This document shows, one piece after another, positions 22,121 through 31,376 of a DNA stretch of 35,307 nucleotides. The first letter of the stretch is position 1. Every line of letters begins with the position of its first letter. The stretch is from an uncultured Gammaproteobacteria bacterium (GTDB lineage Bacteria; Patescibacteriota; Patescibacteriia; UBA9934; GWF2-40-263): assembly GCA_964428465.1 (NCBI GenBank), contig CAYRYG010000001.1:1-35307 (forward strand), read 5' to 3'. The position numbers and the translations under genes are program-made. The notes under the pieces are model-generated. The model did not search any database, was not told where the DNA came from, and saw only the letters and a list, made by a program, of their open reading frames with translations.

Positions 22121-24133
22121 TTACGGGGTCGTAAACTCGTTGAGCTGCACGGTCCCGGCCCGCGAGCGCATGCCGCGCAGCGGGATGGTCACCCGGAACG
22201 TGGTTCCCTTTCCTTCCGAGGACGTGAAGCCGATCGTCCCGCCCGCGCGCTCGACGATGGACCTCACGATGTACAGGCCGAGCCCGGTCCCGTCCGGATC
22301 AAGCGCCCGCGCGTTATCGCTCCGGTAAAACTTCGTGAAAATCTTTTCCGACTGGTCCTCCGGGATCCCGCAGCCGGTGTCGGACACGGTCAGGAGCGCG
22401 TTTTTTCCTTCCCGACGGAGCGCGATGTGAACCGACCCGCCCGGCAACGTGTATTTCACCGCGTTTGAAATCAGATTTTCGAACACGATGGCCGTGATGC
22501 CGGGATCAAGGGAAACCTTCGGCAACCGCCCGAACCGCGACGCCACGCGAAGGCGCTTGCCGCGGATCTGCGTTTCGAACGTTCCCACGATGTCCTTCGC
22601 GAGGCGGGAGAGATCGAGCGGCCGCGGAGACACCGAATAGGCTCCGCGCTCGATGCGGGATACCTGCAGCAGCGCCCGCACGAGGTTGCTCATCCGCTCG
22701 GTGCTTTGGGAGATGGCGCGGAAATACCCGCGCTGCTTTGCCGTAAGCTTGCCGCCCTCGCCGGACCGCAGCAACTCGGTATACCAACGGATGGTGGTCA
22801 GCGGCGTGCGCAGCTGGTGGGACGCCACGGACACGAACTCGCTCTTCGCGCGGCCCGCCTCCTTCTCCTGGGTGATGTCGCGGAACACCTCGGTCACTCC
22901 GACGAGCCGGCCGTCGACCATGATCGGCGACACGATGAGAAACGCCGAAAAGGACTCCCCGTTTCGACGCACGTAGGAAATGCGGTCCGAAGTGACCTGG
23001 TTGCCATTCGCGAGGACCATCTCGAACGGTCGTTTTCCCGGCGGGATCGGGTTTCCGTCCTCGTCCAGGGTCGGCGCGACCTCCGCGAGCGCGCGGCCGG
23101 CCATCCTCGACTCCTTCCAGCCGAGCAGCTTCCCCGCGGCCGCGTTCGCGAACAACACGCGCCCGTCCAGGCCGACGGAAACAATCCCGTCGCCGACGCT
23201 CGCGAGCAGCGCCGCGAACCGCGCCGACTGGTCGCGCGCCCCGCGCAGCAGCCGCGCCCGCTCCGCCGTCGCCGCGGCAAGCAGCATGGACGTCGCCGCG
23301 GCCACAAACACGTAAATCTGCCAGACGATCAGGTTTTGCTCGACCTGCGCGCTGACGGCGAGCGGCCCGAGCCCGTTGACGGTCGCGTAGATGGCGACGG
23401 CGGAGACGATGACCGTCAGGGTGGAAACGCCCGCCTGCCCGAACCGGAACGCCGCCCAGATCAGCATGGGGAACACCAGATACGGCAATGGACGCGTGAG
23501 ATAATCGCCGTGACGCAGGAAGACCTGGACGCAGAAGCCGATCGTGAGCAACAGCAGGGCCTGCCACTCGAGCGAATACCTGCGAAACGGGCTGTGGCTG
23601 TCCTCGCGGCGGAACCACGCGGTCAGGAACGGCGCGACCACCATGGCGCCGAGCGCGTCGCCGACCAGCCAGACGAGCCAGACCGGGACGACGTCCGACC
23701 AGGCGACCAGGCCGCCGAGCGCGAGCGCACCGACGCCCACCGTGGCGCTCACGGCCGGACCGACGAGCGCCGCGCATCCGATGAACGCGGCCACGTCGCG
23801 AACGCGCTCGAACGCCATCTGGAACCCAAAACGCCGCAGCAGCCTCACGGCGACCACCGCCTCAAGCGTGTTTCCCCCGGCGATCAGGAGCGCCATCCAC
23901 GCCGGCTCGTCCGCGGTCACGTTCGCGAGAAACGCGCCGACGAAAATCCCCGGCCATGCCGACCATCCGAACATCAGGAGCGCGGCAATGGCAATGCCGG
24001 ACGGCGGCCAGACCGGGGTGACCTGCGCGGCCGCGAACGCCAGCGACAACCCGAGCTTCGCCGCGACAAAATACAGGGCGGCGAGAAGAGCCGCTCGCAG
24101 CATCGCTTGTCCGGTTGGCCATTTCAGAATCAT
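22121..24133 (-). CDS. sensor histidine kinase (MASE1 membrane domain - PAS - HisKA - HATPase_c)
   Basis: The N-terminal 300 aa are multi-TM and MASE1-like (YFVAAKLGLSLAF...VWPPSGIA). The H-box is SVASHQLRTPLT, and the N/G boxes are NLISNAVKYT and DTGCGI...GTGLGL. Confidence 0.85.
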   Translation of the reverse strand: MILKWPTGQAMLRAALLAALYFVAAKLGLSLAFAAAQVTPVWPPSGIAIAALLMFGWSAWPGIFVGAFLANVTADEPAWMALLIAGGNTLEAVVAVRLLRRFGFQMAFERVRDVAAFIGCAALVGPAVSATVGVGALALGGLVAWSDVVPVWLVWLVGDALGAMVVAPFLTAWFRREDSHSPFRRYSLEWQALLLLTIGFCVQVFLRHGDYLTRPLPYLVFPMLIWAAFRFGQAGVSTLTVIVSAVAIYATVNGLGPLAVSAQVEQNLIVWQIYVFVAAATSMLLAAATAERARLLRGARDQSARFAALLASVGDGIVSVGLDGRVLFANAAAGKLLGWKESRMAGRALAEVAPTLDEDGNPIPPGKRPFEMVLANGNQVTSDRISYVRRNGESFSAFLIVSPIMVDGRLVGVTEVFRDITQEKEAGRAKSEFVSVASHQLRTPLTTIRWYTELLRSGEGGKLTAKQRGYFRAISQSTERMSNLVRALLQVSRIERGAYSVSPRPLDLSRLAKDIVGTFETQIRGKRLRVASRFGRLPKVSLDPGITAIVFENLISNAVKYTLPGGSVHIALRREGKNALLTVSDTGCGIPEDQSEKIFTKFYRSDNARALDPDGTGLGLYIVRSIVERAGGTIGFTSSEGKGTTFRVTIPLRGMRSRAGTVQLNEFTTP

Positions 24134-24193
24134 GCGTCGATCGCCACGAATGCGGTCGCTTCACGTCCGTATGATACCACGACGACGCGTTCG

Positions 24194-25405
24194 TCACCGG
24201 TCGAACGAGGGCGGGACGCGCGAGAGACGGCCGAAGAGGAACGTCACGGCCGCGGTCAGCAGGAAGGCGATCCAGAATTCGAACGCGCCGCCGAGCGCGA
24301 GGAGCGCCGCGAGCATGGCGACGCGCCCGAACGAGAGTGCCATCTCGCGCAGGACGGTATACTCGTCGACGTAATGCCCCGCGTCGGCGGCTTTCTCGTA
24401 CATGAGCGCCTCGAACGGCGTGCGCATGAGGATCAGCGCGAAGCTGTGGAGCGTCCCGAACAGGATGACGTGCGCGACGGAGCTCACGAACGCCTTCAGG
24501 ACCCAGCCGACGGCGGACAGGTTCATGCCGACGGACAGCAGGCGCCCGCGGTGGCGCTCCCCGTCGACGAGCCGGCCGACGACGAGCTGCAACGCGATGC
24601 TGAGCAGCCCGACCACGGTGGTCACCAGCCCCGCCTGCACGTACTCCCCGCGCAGCAGCTCGAACAGGAACACCGGCCACACGAAGAACCCGACCACGCT
24701 CTCGGCCCCTTCCGTCGCGAAGAGAAAGAGGAACCGGCGGCGGCGCGGCGCGAACAGCTCCCGGAATGTCTGGACGAACCCGAACTCATACCGTTCCTTC
24801 CCGGCATGCACGCGCCCGATCGGGATCACCGACGCGAGGACGACGAGCATCGCCGACACGAACAGGACCGGGTATCCGTACGTCTGGATCACCCATCCCG
24901 AAAACGTCGGGAGCACGATGCTGACCAGCGACCCCGCGGCCGCGATGGCACCGATCACCGTCCCGAGCCTGTGTCCCTGTCCTTCCTCCGCGAACTCGGT
25001 GTGGTACGGGACCCAGTACACGACGTGCCACGCCACGAGCGCCGCGACGCTCGACGCCGCGACCAAGAACACAGGCACGAGATCCCCGAGCGCGAGCGTG
25101 ACGAAGAAGCACACGTAGAGCGCCGTGCCGAGCCGAAGCGCGTTCTTCAGCCCGATGCGCGTCATCAGCATGGCGCCGAGCGGCTCGAGCAGGCCCGCCA
25201 GCAAGTAGTAGACGAGCGCGTACCACAACACCGCCGCGATGCTCCGGTCGAACAGCTGGTACAGGAACATCGGCAGGAACAACCCGAGCATCGCGGCGCC
25301 CGTTTGGATCAGAATGCGATGCCAGGCGAGCGCGGAAAGGCCCGCGTGTACGCTCGAGGGACGCTCCGGGCGCGGGAACGGGGTCGATGAGACGCGAACG
25401 GTCAT
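24194..25405 (-). CDS. MFS transporter
   Basis: About 12 TM segments with a typical MFS layout. ATG 25405 lies 4 nt after the upstream stop. The listed TTG 25426 would overlap the upstream gene. Confidence 0.8.
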   Translation of the reverse strand: MTVRVSSTPFPRPERPSSVHAGLSALAWHRILIQTGAAMLGLFLPMFLYQLFDRSIAAVLWYALVYYLLAGLLEPLGAMLMTRIGLKNALRLGTALYVCFFVTLALGDLVPVFLVAASSVAALVAWHVVYWVPYHTEFAEEGQGHRLGTVIGAIAAAGSLVSIVLPTFSGWVIQTYGYPVLFVSAMLVVLASVIPIGRVHAGKERYEFGFVQTFRELFAPRRRRFLFLFATEGAESVVGFFVWPVFLFELLRGEYVQAGLVTTVVGLLSIALQLVVGRLVDGERHRGRLLSVGMNLSAVGWVLKAFVSSVAHVILFGTLHSFALILMRTPFEALMYEKAADAGHYVDEYTVLREMALSFGRVAMLAALLALGGAFEFWIAFLLTAAVTFLFGRLSRVPPSFDR

Positions 25406-25409
25406 ATGG

Positions 25410-26477
25410 TCAGTCGTTTCGCACAACCACGAACGGAATGAGACCGAGCGTCTGCCCGCGCGCGGTCTGGACGCTGACGCGCCAGGTTCCCGAAGTCAGG
25501 TGGGACTTCCGGCTGTACCCGCGGTACCCGTCCTCGCGCCCGCCGGTGATGGCGTAGGACAGCGACGCCTCGGTGACCCAGGACCGCGAGACCGCCTCGT
25601 ACCGCTGCCACTTGTGCACGATGGTGGCGGACAGGTCCGCCGGGGCGAACACGGACACGTACGCGAACAGCGCCTCGTTGCCAGACACGTGGATGGTCTG
25701 GCCCGGCAGGATCTTCTCGACCCACGTCTCGTCCTCGCCCGTCAGCGCGTATTCGTTCCCATGGCGCTCGACGTCATGATAGATGCCGGCGTCGCGGATC
25801 GCGAGCGGGATGGGCGGGATGACGTTGAGGAAGTAGGCGCCGACCATGGCGACGAACACGGTCGCGATCGACGCGAGCATCTGCGGCAGGCGCCGCGAGA
25901 GGCCGCCGACGCGCGACAGGGCGAGCGCGAACGCGACCATGAACGCCGAGCTGACGACCCCGGCCGTCACGAACGTCCGCGGCTCGAGCGAATTGAACAG
26001 GTACGAGCTCCAGATCGTTGAGATCGAAAACAGGGCGAACGCGAACACCGCCACCTGGACCGTCGGGCGCAAGAACTGCTCGCGCAAGAACTCGTTCGAC
26101 ATCATGAGCGCCGCCACCGCGACGATGATCGGCCAGCTGGCGGAAAACGCCCCGCCGAACCAATAGAATACCAATGACGCGCTCAGGAGCGCGCCGATGG
26201 ACAGCGGGAGCGCGAACGGCGCCGCCAGGCTGACGCCGCGCAGCGCGCGCACCTCCGCGGCGCGCGGAGAGACGGTCACGAGCAACGACCCGGCGATGAC
26301 GGCCACGTAGACCGCCATGACCGCGAACTGCTGGTTGATGTCGAGCGTCTTGTATTGGAGGACATCGACGAGAAACCCCCCGACCAGCATGAGCGGGACC
26401 CAGGCGCGCTCATGCCGTTTCGTCCATTCCTCCGCGCGACGGTACGCCGCGTTTTTTTGAATTCTACGAAAAACCAT
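25410..26477 (-). CDS. membrane protein with C-terminal DUF2914-like domain
   Basis: The N-terminal half is multi-TM. The C-terminal soluble domain ends ITGGREDGYRGYS...GTWRVSV, as I recall for DUF2914. Confidence 0.7.
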   Translation of the reverse strand: MVFRRIQKNAAYRRAEEWTKRHERAWVPLMLVGGFLVDVLQYKTLDINQQFAVMAVYVAVIAGSLLVTVSPRAAEVRALRGVSLAAPFALPLSIGALLSASLVFYWFGGAFSASWPIIVAVAALMMSNEFLREQFLRPTVQVAVFAFALFSISTIWSSYLFNSLEPRTFVTAGVVSSAFMVAFALALSRVGGLSRRLPQMLASIATVFVAMVGAYFLNVIPPIPLAIRDAGIYHDVERHGNEYALTGEDETWVEKILPGQTIHVSGNEALFAYVSVFAPADLSATIVHKWQRYEAVSRSWVTEASLSYAITGGREDGYRGYSRKSHLTSGTWRVSVQTARGQTLGLIPFVVVRND

Positions 26478-26494
26478 AACGCATGAATGGTCTC

Positions 26495-26503
26495 ATGATA
26501 GCA
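26495..26503 (-). promoter_or_regulatory. extended -10 box upstream of gene 25410..26477
   Basis: Reverse strand reads TGcTATCAT, 17 nt before ATG 26477. Confidence 0.4.
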
Positions 26504-26552
26504 CACCGACCGCCGTCCCGGACGTCCGACGCTGGCTATTTTTCGCGCCCCG

Positions 26553-26561
26553 TGGTATAAC
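26553..26561 (+). promoter_or_regulatory. extended -10 box upstream of the CxxC-x17-CxxC gene
   Basis: TGgTATAAC, about 67 nt before ATG 26629. The -35 is weak. Confidence 0.4.
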
Positions 26562-26628
26562 CTGCTCCTTCAATCGCACACGGCGCCTAATCGCCCGAGC
26601 GCGGAGGCAAATAACCAATAAATACCGT

Positions 26629-27060
26629 ATGTATAACAAGACCGGTTCGGGCGGCTACAAGGGCAAGGGCGGCGGCTACAAGGGCGGCAAGTCGTTCGGC
26701 GGCGGTGGCGGTGCCTGGAAGCGTGGCGGCGACGAGCGCCCGGCCATGCATCCGGCGACCTGCAGCGCGTGCGGCGCGTCCTGCGAGGTCCCGTTCATCC
26801 CGAACGGCAAGAAGCCGATCCTCTGCCGCAACTGCTTCAAGAAGTCCGAGGGCGAGGACACGCGCTTCGAGCGCCCGCGCGCGGCCGGCAAGCCGTCCTA
26901 CGTGAGCACCCCGCGCTCCGGGACGGAAGGGATCGAGAAGCAGCTGAAGGCCCTGAACGAAAAGATGGACCTGATCCTCGAGGCACTCATGGAACCGGAG
27001 GAAGGCGACGAGGACGAGGAAGAGGACGAGGAAGAGGAGAAGAACGAGGACAAGGAGTAG
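26629..27060 (+). CDS. CxxC-x17-CxxC domain-containing protein with Gly/Lys-rich N-tail and acidic C-tail
   Basis: CSAC followed by exactly 17 residues and then CRNC (CSACGASCEVPFIPNGKKPILCRNC). The N-terminus is GGYKGKGGGYKGGK and the C-terminus is EEGDEDEEEDEEEEKNEDKE. Confidence 0.8.
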   Translation: MYNKTGSGGYKGKGGGYKGGKSFGGGGGAWKRGGDERPAMHPATCSACGASCEVPFIPNGKKPILCRNCFKKSEGEDTRFERPRAAGKPSYVSTPRSGTEGIEKQLKALNEKMDLILEALMEPEEGDEDEEEDEEEEKNEDKE

Positions 27061-27065
27061 CAAAT

Positions 27066-27098
27066 CAAAAACCCGGCCGCGCGGCCGGGTTTTCGTTT
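27066..27098. terminator. bidirectional terminator between convergent genes
   Basis: A perfect palindrome ACCCGGCCGCGCGGCCGGGT flanked by AAAA and TTTTCGTTT. Confidence 0.8.
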
Positions 27099-27101
27099 GC
27101 G

Positions 27102-27614
27102 CTAGGAATCAATATCCGCGCACGCGACGTACGTCCCGAGTTCCAGCTCGCTCATGTGCACGTTGACGGACAGTTCCGTCGCGGCCGAAAGCACCGTGTC
27201 GAGCGGCACGCTGAGCAGCGTCTCCGACCGGCCGTCCCCCACGAGGGTGAGCGGATACCCCCCCGCGCCGATCGACGCGCAGGTTCCCGCGTGGATGTGC
27301 GCCGGCTGCGCCACACCCGCCGGCTGGCCGCTGACCGCGAGGACGACCCTGGTCTTGCCGTCTTCCTCCGTCAGGGTCACGGTTCCCGACTCGTTCGAAT
27401 CGTTCTGCTCGGACAGCGATGCGCTTACCCGCCCTTCCCCTTCCGCCTCGATTCCGTCCGCGTCCTCCGCGTCGTCGCCGACCTCCCTGCCCTCTTTCCG
27501 GTCCTCCTCGTTCACGCCGACGTCGCCTTCCACGTCCGTCTCAAACGAGAGACACCCGGCGCCCGCGAGCGCGAGGACGGAAAACATCGAAAGGAATTGA
27601 AACAACTTCTTCAT
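27102..27614 (-). CDS. secreted / lipoprotein-like protein
   Basis: Signal peptide MKKLFQFLSMFSVLALAGAGC, an acidic linker, then a beta-rich domain with PAHIHAGTC. No confident family call. Confidence 0.75.
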   Translation of the reverse strand: MKKLFQFLSMFSVLALAGAGCLSFETDVEGDVGVNEEDRKEGREVGDDAEDADGIEAEGEGRVSASLSEQNDSNESGTVTLTEEDGKTRVVLAVSGQPAGVAQPAHIHAGTCASIGAGGYPLTLVGDGRSETLLSVPLDTVLSAATELSVNVHMSELELGTYVACADIDS

Positions 27615-27627
27615 ACGGTCGTTCGAT

Positions 27628-27975
27628 CTATGAATTATTTTTTTTCATTGCCTCCTGGATCTCCGGAGGAAGATCGCCGACGTCCTGGACCTGGCGAACC
27701 TCGACGACGCCGTCCTTGAACGGGACGCGCTGCGCCCACCCGACCGCGTCCTTCAGCGAGGGTGCCTCGATGACCCAATACCCGGCGACCAATTCCTCCG
27801 GGTTCGGAAACGGGCCGTCCGTGACGCTGATCTCCCCGGCGGAAAACCACACGCGCGCGCCCTTCGCGCTCGGCTGGAGCCAATCGCATTTCTCCATGGC
27901 CGCGAACAGCGACGGGTCCGGCAGCTCGCCGGCCTCGATCTTCTCGTTGCTTTTGACCAATACGATGAATCGCAT
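27628..27975 (-). CDS. YciI/DGPF-family protein (short variant)
   Basis: MRFIVLVK...ELPDPSLFAAM...PSAKGARVWFSAGEISVTDGPFPNPEELVAGYW...VEVRQV. From memory of typical members, it seems to lack about 14 aa after AAM. Confidence 0.8.
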   Translation of the reverse strand: MRFIVLVKSNEKIEAGELPDPSLFAAMEKCDWLQPSAKGARVWFSAGEISVTDGPFPNPEELVAGYWVIEAPSLKDAVGWAQRVPFKDGVVEVRQVQDVGDLPPEIQEAMKKNNS

Positions 27976-28080
27976 ACGCAATCTCACGTTACTACCCCAC
28001 TAGTTTATCACGCGTCGAATTACACCCATGATAAAGATGACATATTGCCTTAATTTAGCGCAATTATTCCCGTTCCCCCC

Positions 28081-28109
28081 TTGACAAAACCCCCGTTTTG
28101 TGGTATCCT
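28081..28109 (+). promoter_or_regulatory. sigma70-type promoter upstream of the SLT-like gene
   Basis: TTGACAAAAC ... TGgTATCCT with a 17-nt spacer. Confidence 0.6.
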
Positions 28110-28185
28110 ATCCCTCCGATCGCGAAACCAACGCGGTCGTTTTGTTTTAGCGGCGAGTCCACATAACCCTCGAATCCTAACGACT

Positions 28186-28734
28186 ATGAACACTTTGATG
28201 GAGCAGCTTTCGACGGCCTTCATGCTGGTGTCCCTGGTCACGGGCCAGCCGCTCACCGCGTTTGCGGAGCAGGCCGGGACCGAGGCGGAAACCGTCGAGA
28301 TTGCCGTCGAGGCCGAGCCCACGGTGCAGGACGTCCTGCTCGACGTATGTGAGATCCGCGGCTACGGCCAGGAATGCGCCCAGACCCTGCTTGGCATGGT
28401 GTGGGTTGAGTCCAACAACATCTCCACGGCCATCGGCGACCGCGGGAAGGCCCGCGGGTACTTCCAAATCTGGTACCAGCTTCACAAGATCCCGGTCGCC
28501 TGCGCGGAAGACCTCGTGTGTTCCGCCGACTGGACGATCACCTACCTGGAGCGCAACCACTATCCGAAGTACGTGAACTACGCCGTGCAGTGCCACAACT
28601 CGTGTAATGCCGGCAATGGCTACGACGCGAAGGTGGCGCGCCATGGCGCCCGCCTCTGGAACGAGCCGCTTGCCATCGAGCAGGCCGCCGACATTGACCT
28701 CACGCAGCTCGACACCGAGCTCGCGATGAACTAA
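28186..28734 (+). CDS. secreted lytic transglycosylase-like (SLT) protein
   Basis: ATG 28186 starts a signal-like segment. MVWVESNNISTAIGDRGKARGYFQIW matches the SLT catalytic E-S...G..G..Q pattern. Confidence 0.7.
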   Translation: MNTLMEQLSTAFMLVSLVTGQPLTAFAEQAGTEAETVEIAVEAEPTVQDVLLDVCEIRGYGQECAQTLLGMVWVESNNISTAIGDRGKARGYFQIWYQLHKIPVACAEDLVCSADWTITYLERNHYPKYVNYAVQCHNSCNAGNGYDAKVARHGARLWNEPLAIEQAADIDLTQLDTELAMN

Positions 28735-28737
28735 CGC

Positions 28738-28763
28738 AAAGGACCCGCGCGCGCGGGTCCTTT
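28738..28763. terminator. bidirectional terminator between convergent genes
   Basis: AAAGGACCCGCGC/GCGCGGGTCCTTT palindrome followed by CGTTTCCC. Confidence 0.75.
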
Positions 28764-28770
28764 CGTTTCC

Positions 28771-30315
28771 CTATGATCTCGTCGTCGCGAGCGGAACGGA
28801 AAACGAGAAGGTCGATCCGTAGCCGCGACCGCGGCTTTCCACCCAGATTCTCCCTCCCACCATCCGCTCGACGATCTGCTTCACGATGAACAATCCGAGC
28901 CCGGTTCCCTCGATCGGGGCCGTCTTGCGCGATTCAATGCGCGAGAATCTCTGAAACAGCTTTGGGATGTCCTTTGCCGAGAGACCGAATCCCGTATCCG
29001 TTACGCTCACGACGAGCGCGCCGTCGGCGTTTTTTACGCGCACGGTCACCGTGCCGCCCGGCGCGTTGTATTTGATCGCGTTCGACAACAGGTTGACCAG
29101 GACCTGTTCGACACGAATCGGATCCGCGAAGGCGAACCATTTCTTTCCCGCTTCCATGACGATCTTCACGGAAATCGACGCGCGTTCCGATGCCGACCTC
29201 ACGTTCGCGACGGCCACGGCGACGGTCCGGCCAAGATCGAACCGTACCGGGACGACCTTGAACGTCCCGTAATCGATCCGGGAAACGTCCAGGAGCTCGC
29301 TGACGAGCCCTTTCAATCGGTTCGTGTTTTCCCGCAGGATATCGATCGTCTCCTTCGTGGCCGTTTCCGATCCCTCCCCCCCCCTTGCCATGGCGATGTC
29401 GAGCGCGTCGATCGCCCAACTCATGGCGATCGTCGGAGTCCGCAGTTCGTGCGCCGCCAAAAAGACGAACCCCTCGCGGAGCTCCTCGATCGTCTTTTCC
29501 TTCTGGGTCGCCCGCAGGTTCTGCTCGGCAAGCCTTGCCTCGATCTGCCGTCGTTCGGAAATGTCCTCGACGAACGCCTGAAGGTACGCCGGCTTTCCAT
29601 CCTCCCCAAAGACGGCACTGACATGGGTGTTCGTCCAAACGACCTCGCCTTGTTTTCCGATGTATCGCTTTTCGACGTGGTGGTCGCCGCCCTCGCGTTT
29701 CAACGCGTCACGCAGGAGCTTCCGATCCGCCGCGCGATGATCGGGATGGGTGATGTCGGCAAGCGTGAGCCGCCTCAGTTCCCGTTCGTCGTAGCCGGTG
29801 ATGCGGACGAACGACTGGTTTGCCCGCATCACGCGCCCGTTCAGGGACATCATCACGATTCCCAGCTCGCTGCCGTCGAAGATCTGCCGGTATTCCTGGT
29901 CGCGCGCGCGTAATTCCGTTTCCAACCGTCGGATCGCGGTCTGGTCGGAAAGATTCACCTTGACCAGGACGCGGTCGTCATCGCGAAAAAACGCGCATGT
30001 GACCGCCAGGGACAAGCGCGTCCCGTTCGCCAGCCGAACCTCCAGATACTTATAGCTGACCCGGGGGCGCTTCCCCAATCTGCCAAACGCCGCCCTGCTC
30101 ACGAACGGACCCGTGACGAAGCCGATCTGCCACACCTGTTTCCCGCTCAGTTCCGACCGCCTCATCCGAAACAGCCGCGCGGCGCTCGCGTTGCAATCCT
30201 CGATGCGGCCGGTATTCGCGTCGACCAGGATGATGCCGTCCTGCGCGACGCCAAACATGCGCCGATACGCCTGATCCGACACGGGCGCCCGATGGTTCGT
30301 TGCGCGGTCTTTCAT
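28771..30315 (-). CDS. cytoplasmic PAS-PAS sensor histidine kinase
   Basis: Two PAS-like modules, H-box LAAHELRTPT, then NLLSNAIKYN, DTGFGL and GTGLGL. No TM segments. Confidence 0.85.
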   Translation of the reverse strand: MKDRATNHRAPVSDQAYRRMFGVAQDGIILVDANTGRIEDCNASAARLFRMRRSELSGKQVWQIGFVTGPFVSRAAFGRLGKRPRVSYKYLEVRLANGTRLSLAVTCAFFRDDDRVLVKVNLSDQTAIRRLETELRARDQEYRQIFDGSELGIVMMSLNGRVMRANQSFVRITGYDERELRRLTLADITHPDHRAADRKLLRDALKREGGDHHVEKRYIGKQGEVVWTNTHVSAVFGEDGKPAYLQAFVEDISERRQIEARLAEQNLRATQKEKTIEELREGFVFLAAHELRTPTIAMSWAIDALDIAMARGGEGSETATKETIDILRENTNRLKGLVSELLDVSRIDYGTFKVVPVRFDLGRTVAVAVANVRSASERASISVKIVMEAGKKWFAFADPIRVEQVLVNLLSNAIKYNAPGGTVTVRVKNADGALVVSVTDTGFGLSAKDIPKLFQRFSRIESRKTAPIEGTGLGLFIVKQIVERMVGGRIWVESRGRGYGSTFSFSVPLATTRS

Positions 30316-30323
30316 TTGCGTAT

Positions 30324-30329
30324 ATCATA
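30324..30329 (-). promoter_or_regulatory. -10 box 8 nt before ATG 30315 (leaderless-type)
   Basis: Reverse strand reads TATGAT, then atacgcaa, then ATG. Confidence 0.35.
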
Positions 30330-30363
30330 ACCGTATTCGATCAGTCCCACAACGTCACGATCT

Positions 30364-30921
30364 ATGAAACCATCGGCCAAGCAGAACGCGCGCTACCGGC
30401 CTTCCGCCGAAATCGTCTGGCGGACGGGATGGACGTATATCCGCCACGTCGTCGACACGGCTCGCGAGCCGTTTTTGATCCTGGACAAGGACCTGCGCAT
30501 CCTGTCCGCGAACGAGGCGTTCTACCGGACGTTCCAGGTCACGGCCAAACACGTCGAGGGAAAACTGATTTACAAGCTCGGCGACGGGCAATGGAACATC
30601 CCGGCGCTCAAGCGCCTCCTTGAGGACGTGCTTCCGAAGGAGTCGTTTTTTCGCGACTTCGAGGTGGACCATGACTACTCGATCGTCGGCAAAAAGACCC
30701 TTCTCATGAACGCGAGAGAGGTATTCGAGCCGGGCCTGAAGGGCGCGAAGCATCCGAAGATGATCGTATTGGCCATGGAGGACGTGACCAGGCAGCGTAT
30801 GATGGAGGAGAAGCTCACCGCCTACTCCAAGGAACTGGAGGAACGCGTGATCGCGCGCACGAAGGAGCTGGAACAGCGCCTGGAGAAACTAGAAGGGAAA
30901 AAGAGACGACCGAGACGCTAG
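30364..30921 (+). CDS. PAS domain protein with C-terminal coiled coil
   Basis: [22 protein letters not shown]...[12 protein letters not shown] resembles the PAS_10 / chemotaxis-methyltransferase-associated PAS type. The tail is [22 protein letters not shown]. Confidence 0.7.
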   Translation: MKPSAKQNARYRPSAEIVWRTGWTYIRHVVDTAREPFLILDKDLRILSANEAFYRTFQVTAKHVEGKLIYKLGDGQWNIPALKRLLEDVLPKESFFRDFEVDHDYSIVGKKTLLMNAREVFEPGLKGAKHPKMIVLAMEDVTRQRMMEEKLTAYSKELEERVIARTKELEQRLEKLEGKKRRPRR

Positions 30922-31376
30922 CCCGTGAGATAGCTGCCAAACCGCGCATAGTGGCAGGTGTACCCGCCTGGATTTTTTTCAAGGTAGTTTTGGTGGTACC
31001 CCTCGGCCGGAGAAAAGCCCGTGAGCGGCTCGAGCGACGTGACCACCGGCTTGTCCCAGCGCCCGGACGCGTTCACGATCGCGACGAACGCCTCGGCCTC
31101 GCGCTTCTCCTCCTCGTTCGCGTAAAAAATCGCGGACCGGTACGACGTGCCGACGTCGTTCCCCTGGCGGTTCATGGTCGTCGGATCGTGGATCTGAAAG
31201 AAGAAGTCGAGCAGGTCTCGGTACGAGGTTTTCTCCGGGTCATATGCGATCCGAAGCGCCTCTGCCCCGCCCGCGTATCCGACCTCCGTATCAACCACGC
31301 CCGACCGCTTGCGAAACAGGTCTTCCATCCCCCAGAAACACCCGCCGGCAAGAACCGCGTGCCTTGTCGTGCTCAT
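30918..31376 (-). CDS. msrA: peptide-methionine (S)-S-oxide reductase
   Basis: Motifs: [40 protein letters not shown]. The ATG overlaps the upstream stop (ATGA at 31373-31376). Confidence 0.9.
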   Translation of the reverse strand: MSTTRHAVLAGGCFWGMEDLFRKRSGVVDTEVGYAGGAEALRIAYDPEKTSYRDLLDFFFQIHDPTTMNRQGNDVGTSYRSAIFYANEEEKREAEAFVAIVNASGRWDKPVVTSLEPLTGFSPAEGYHQNYLEKNPGGYTCHYARFGSYLTG

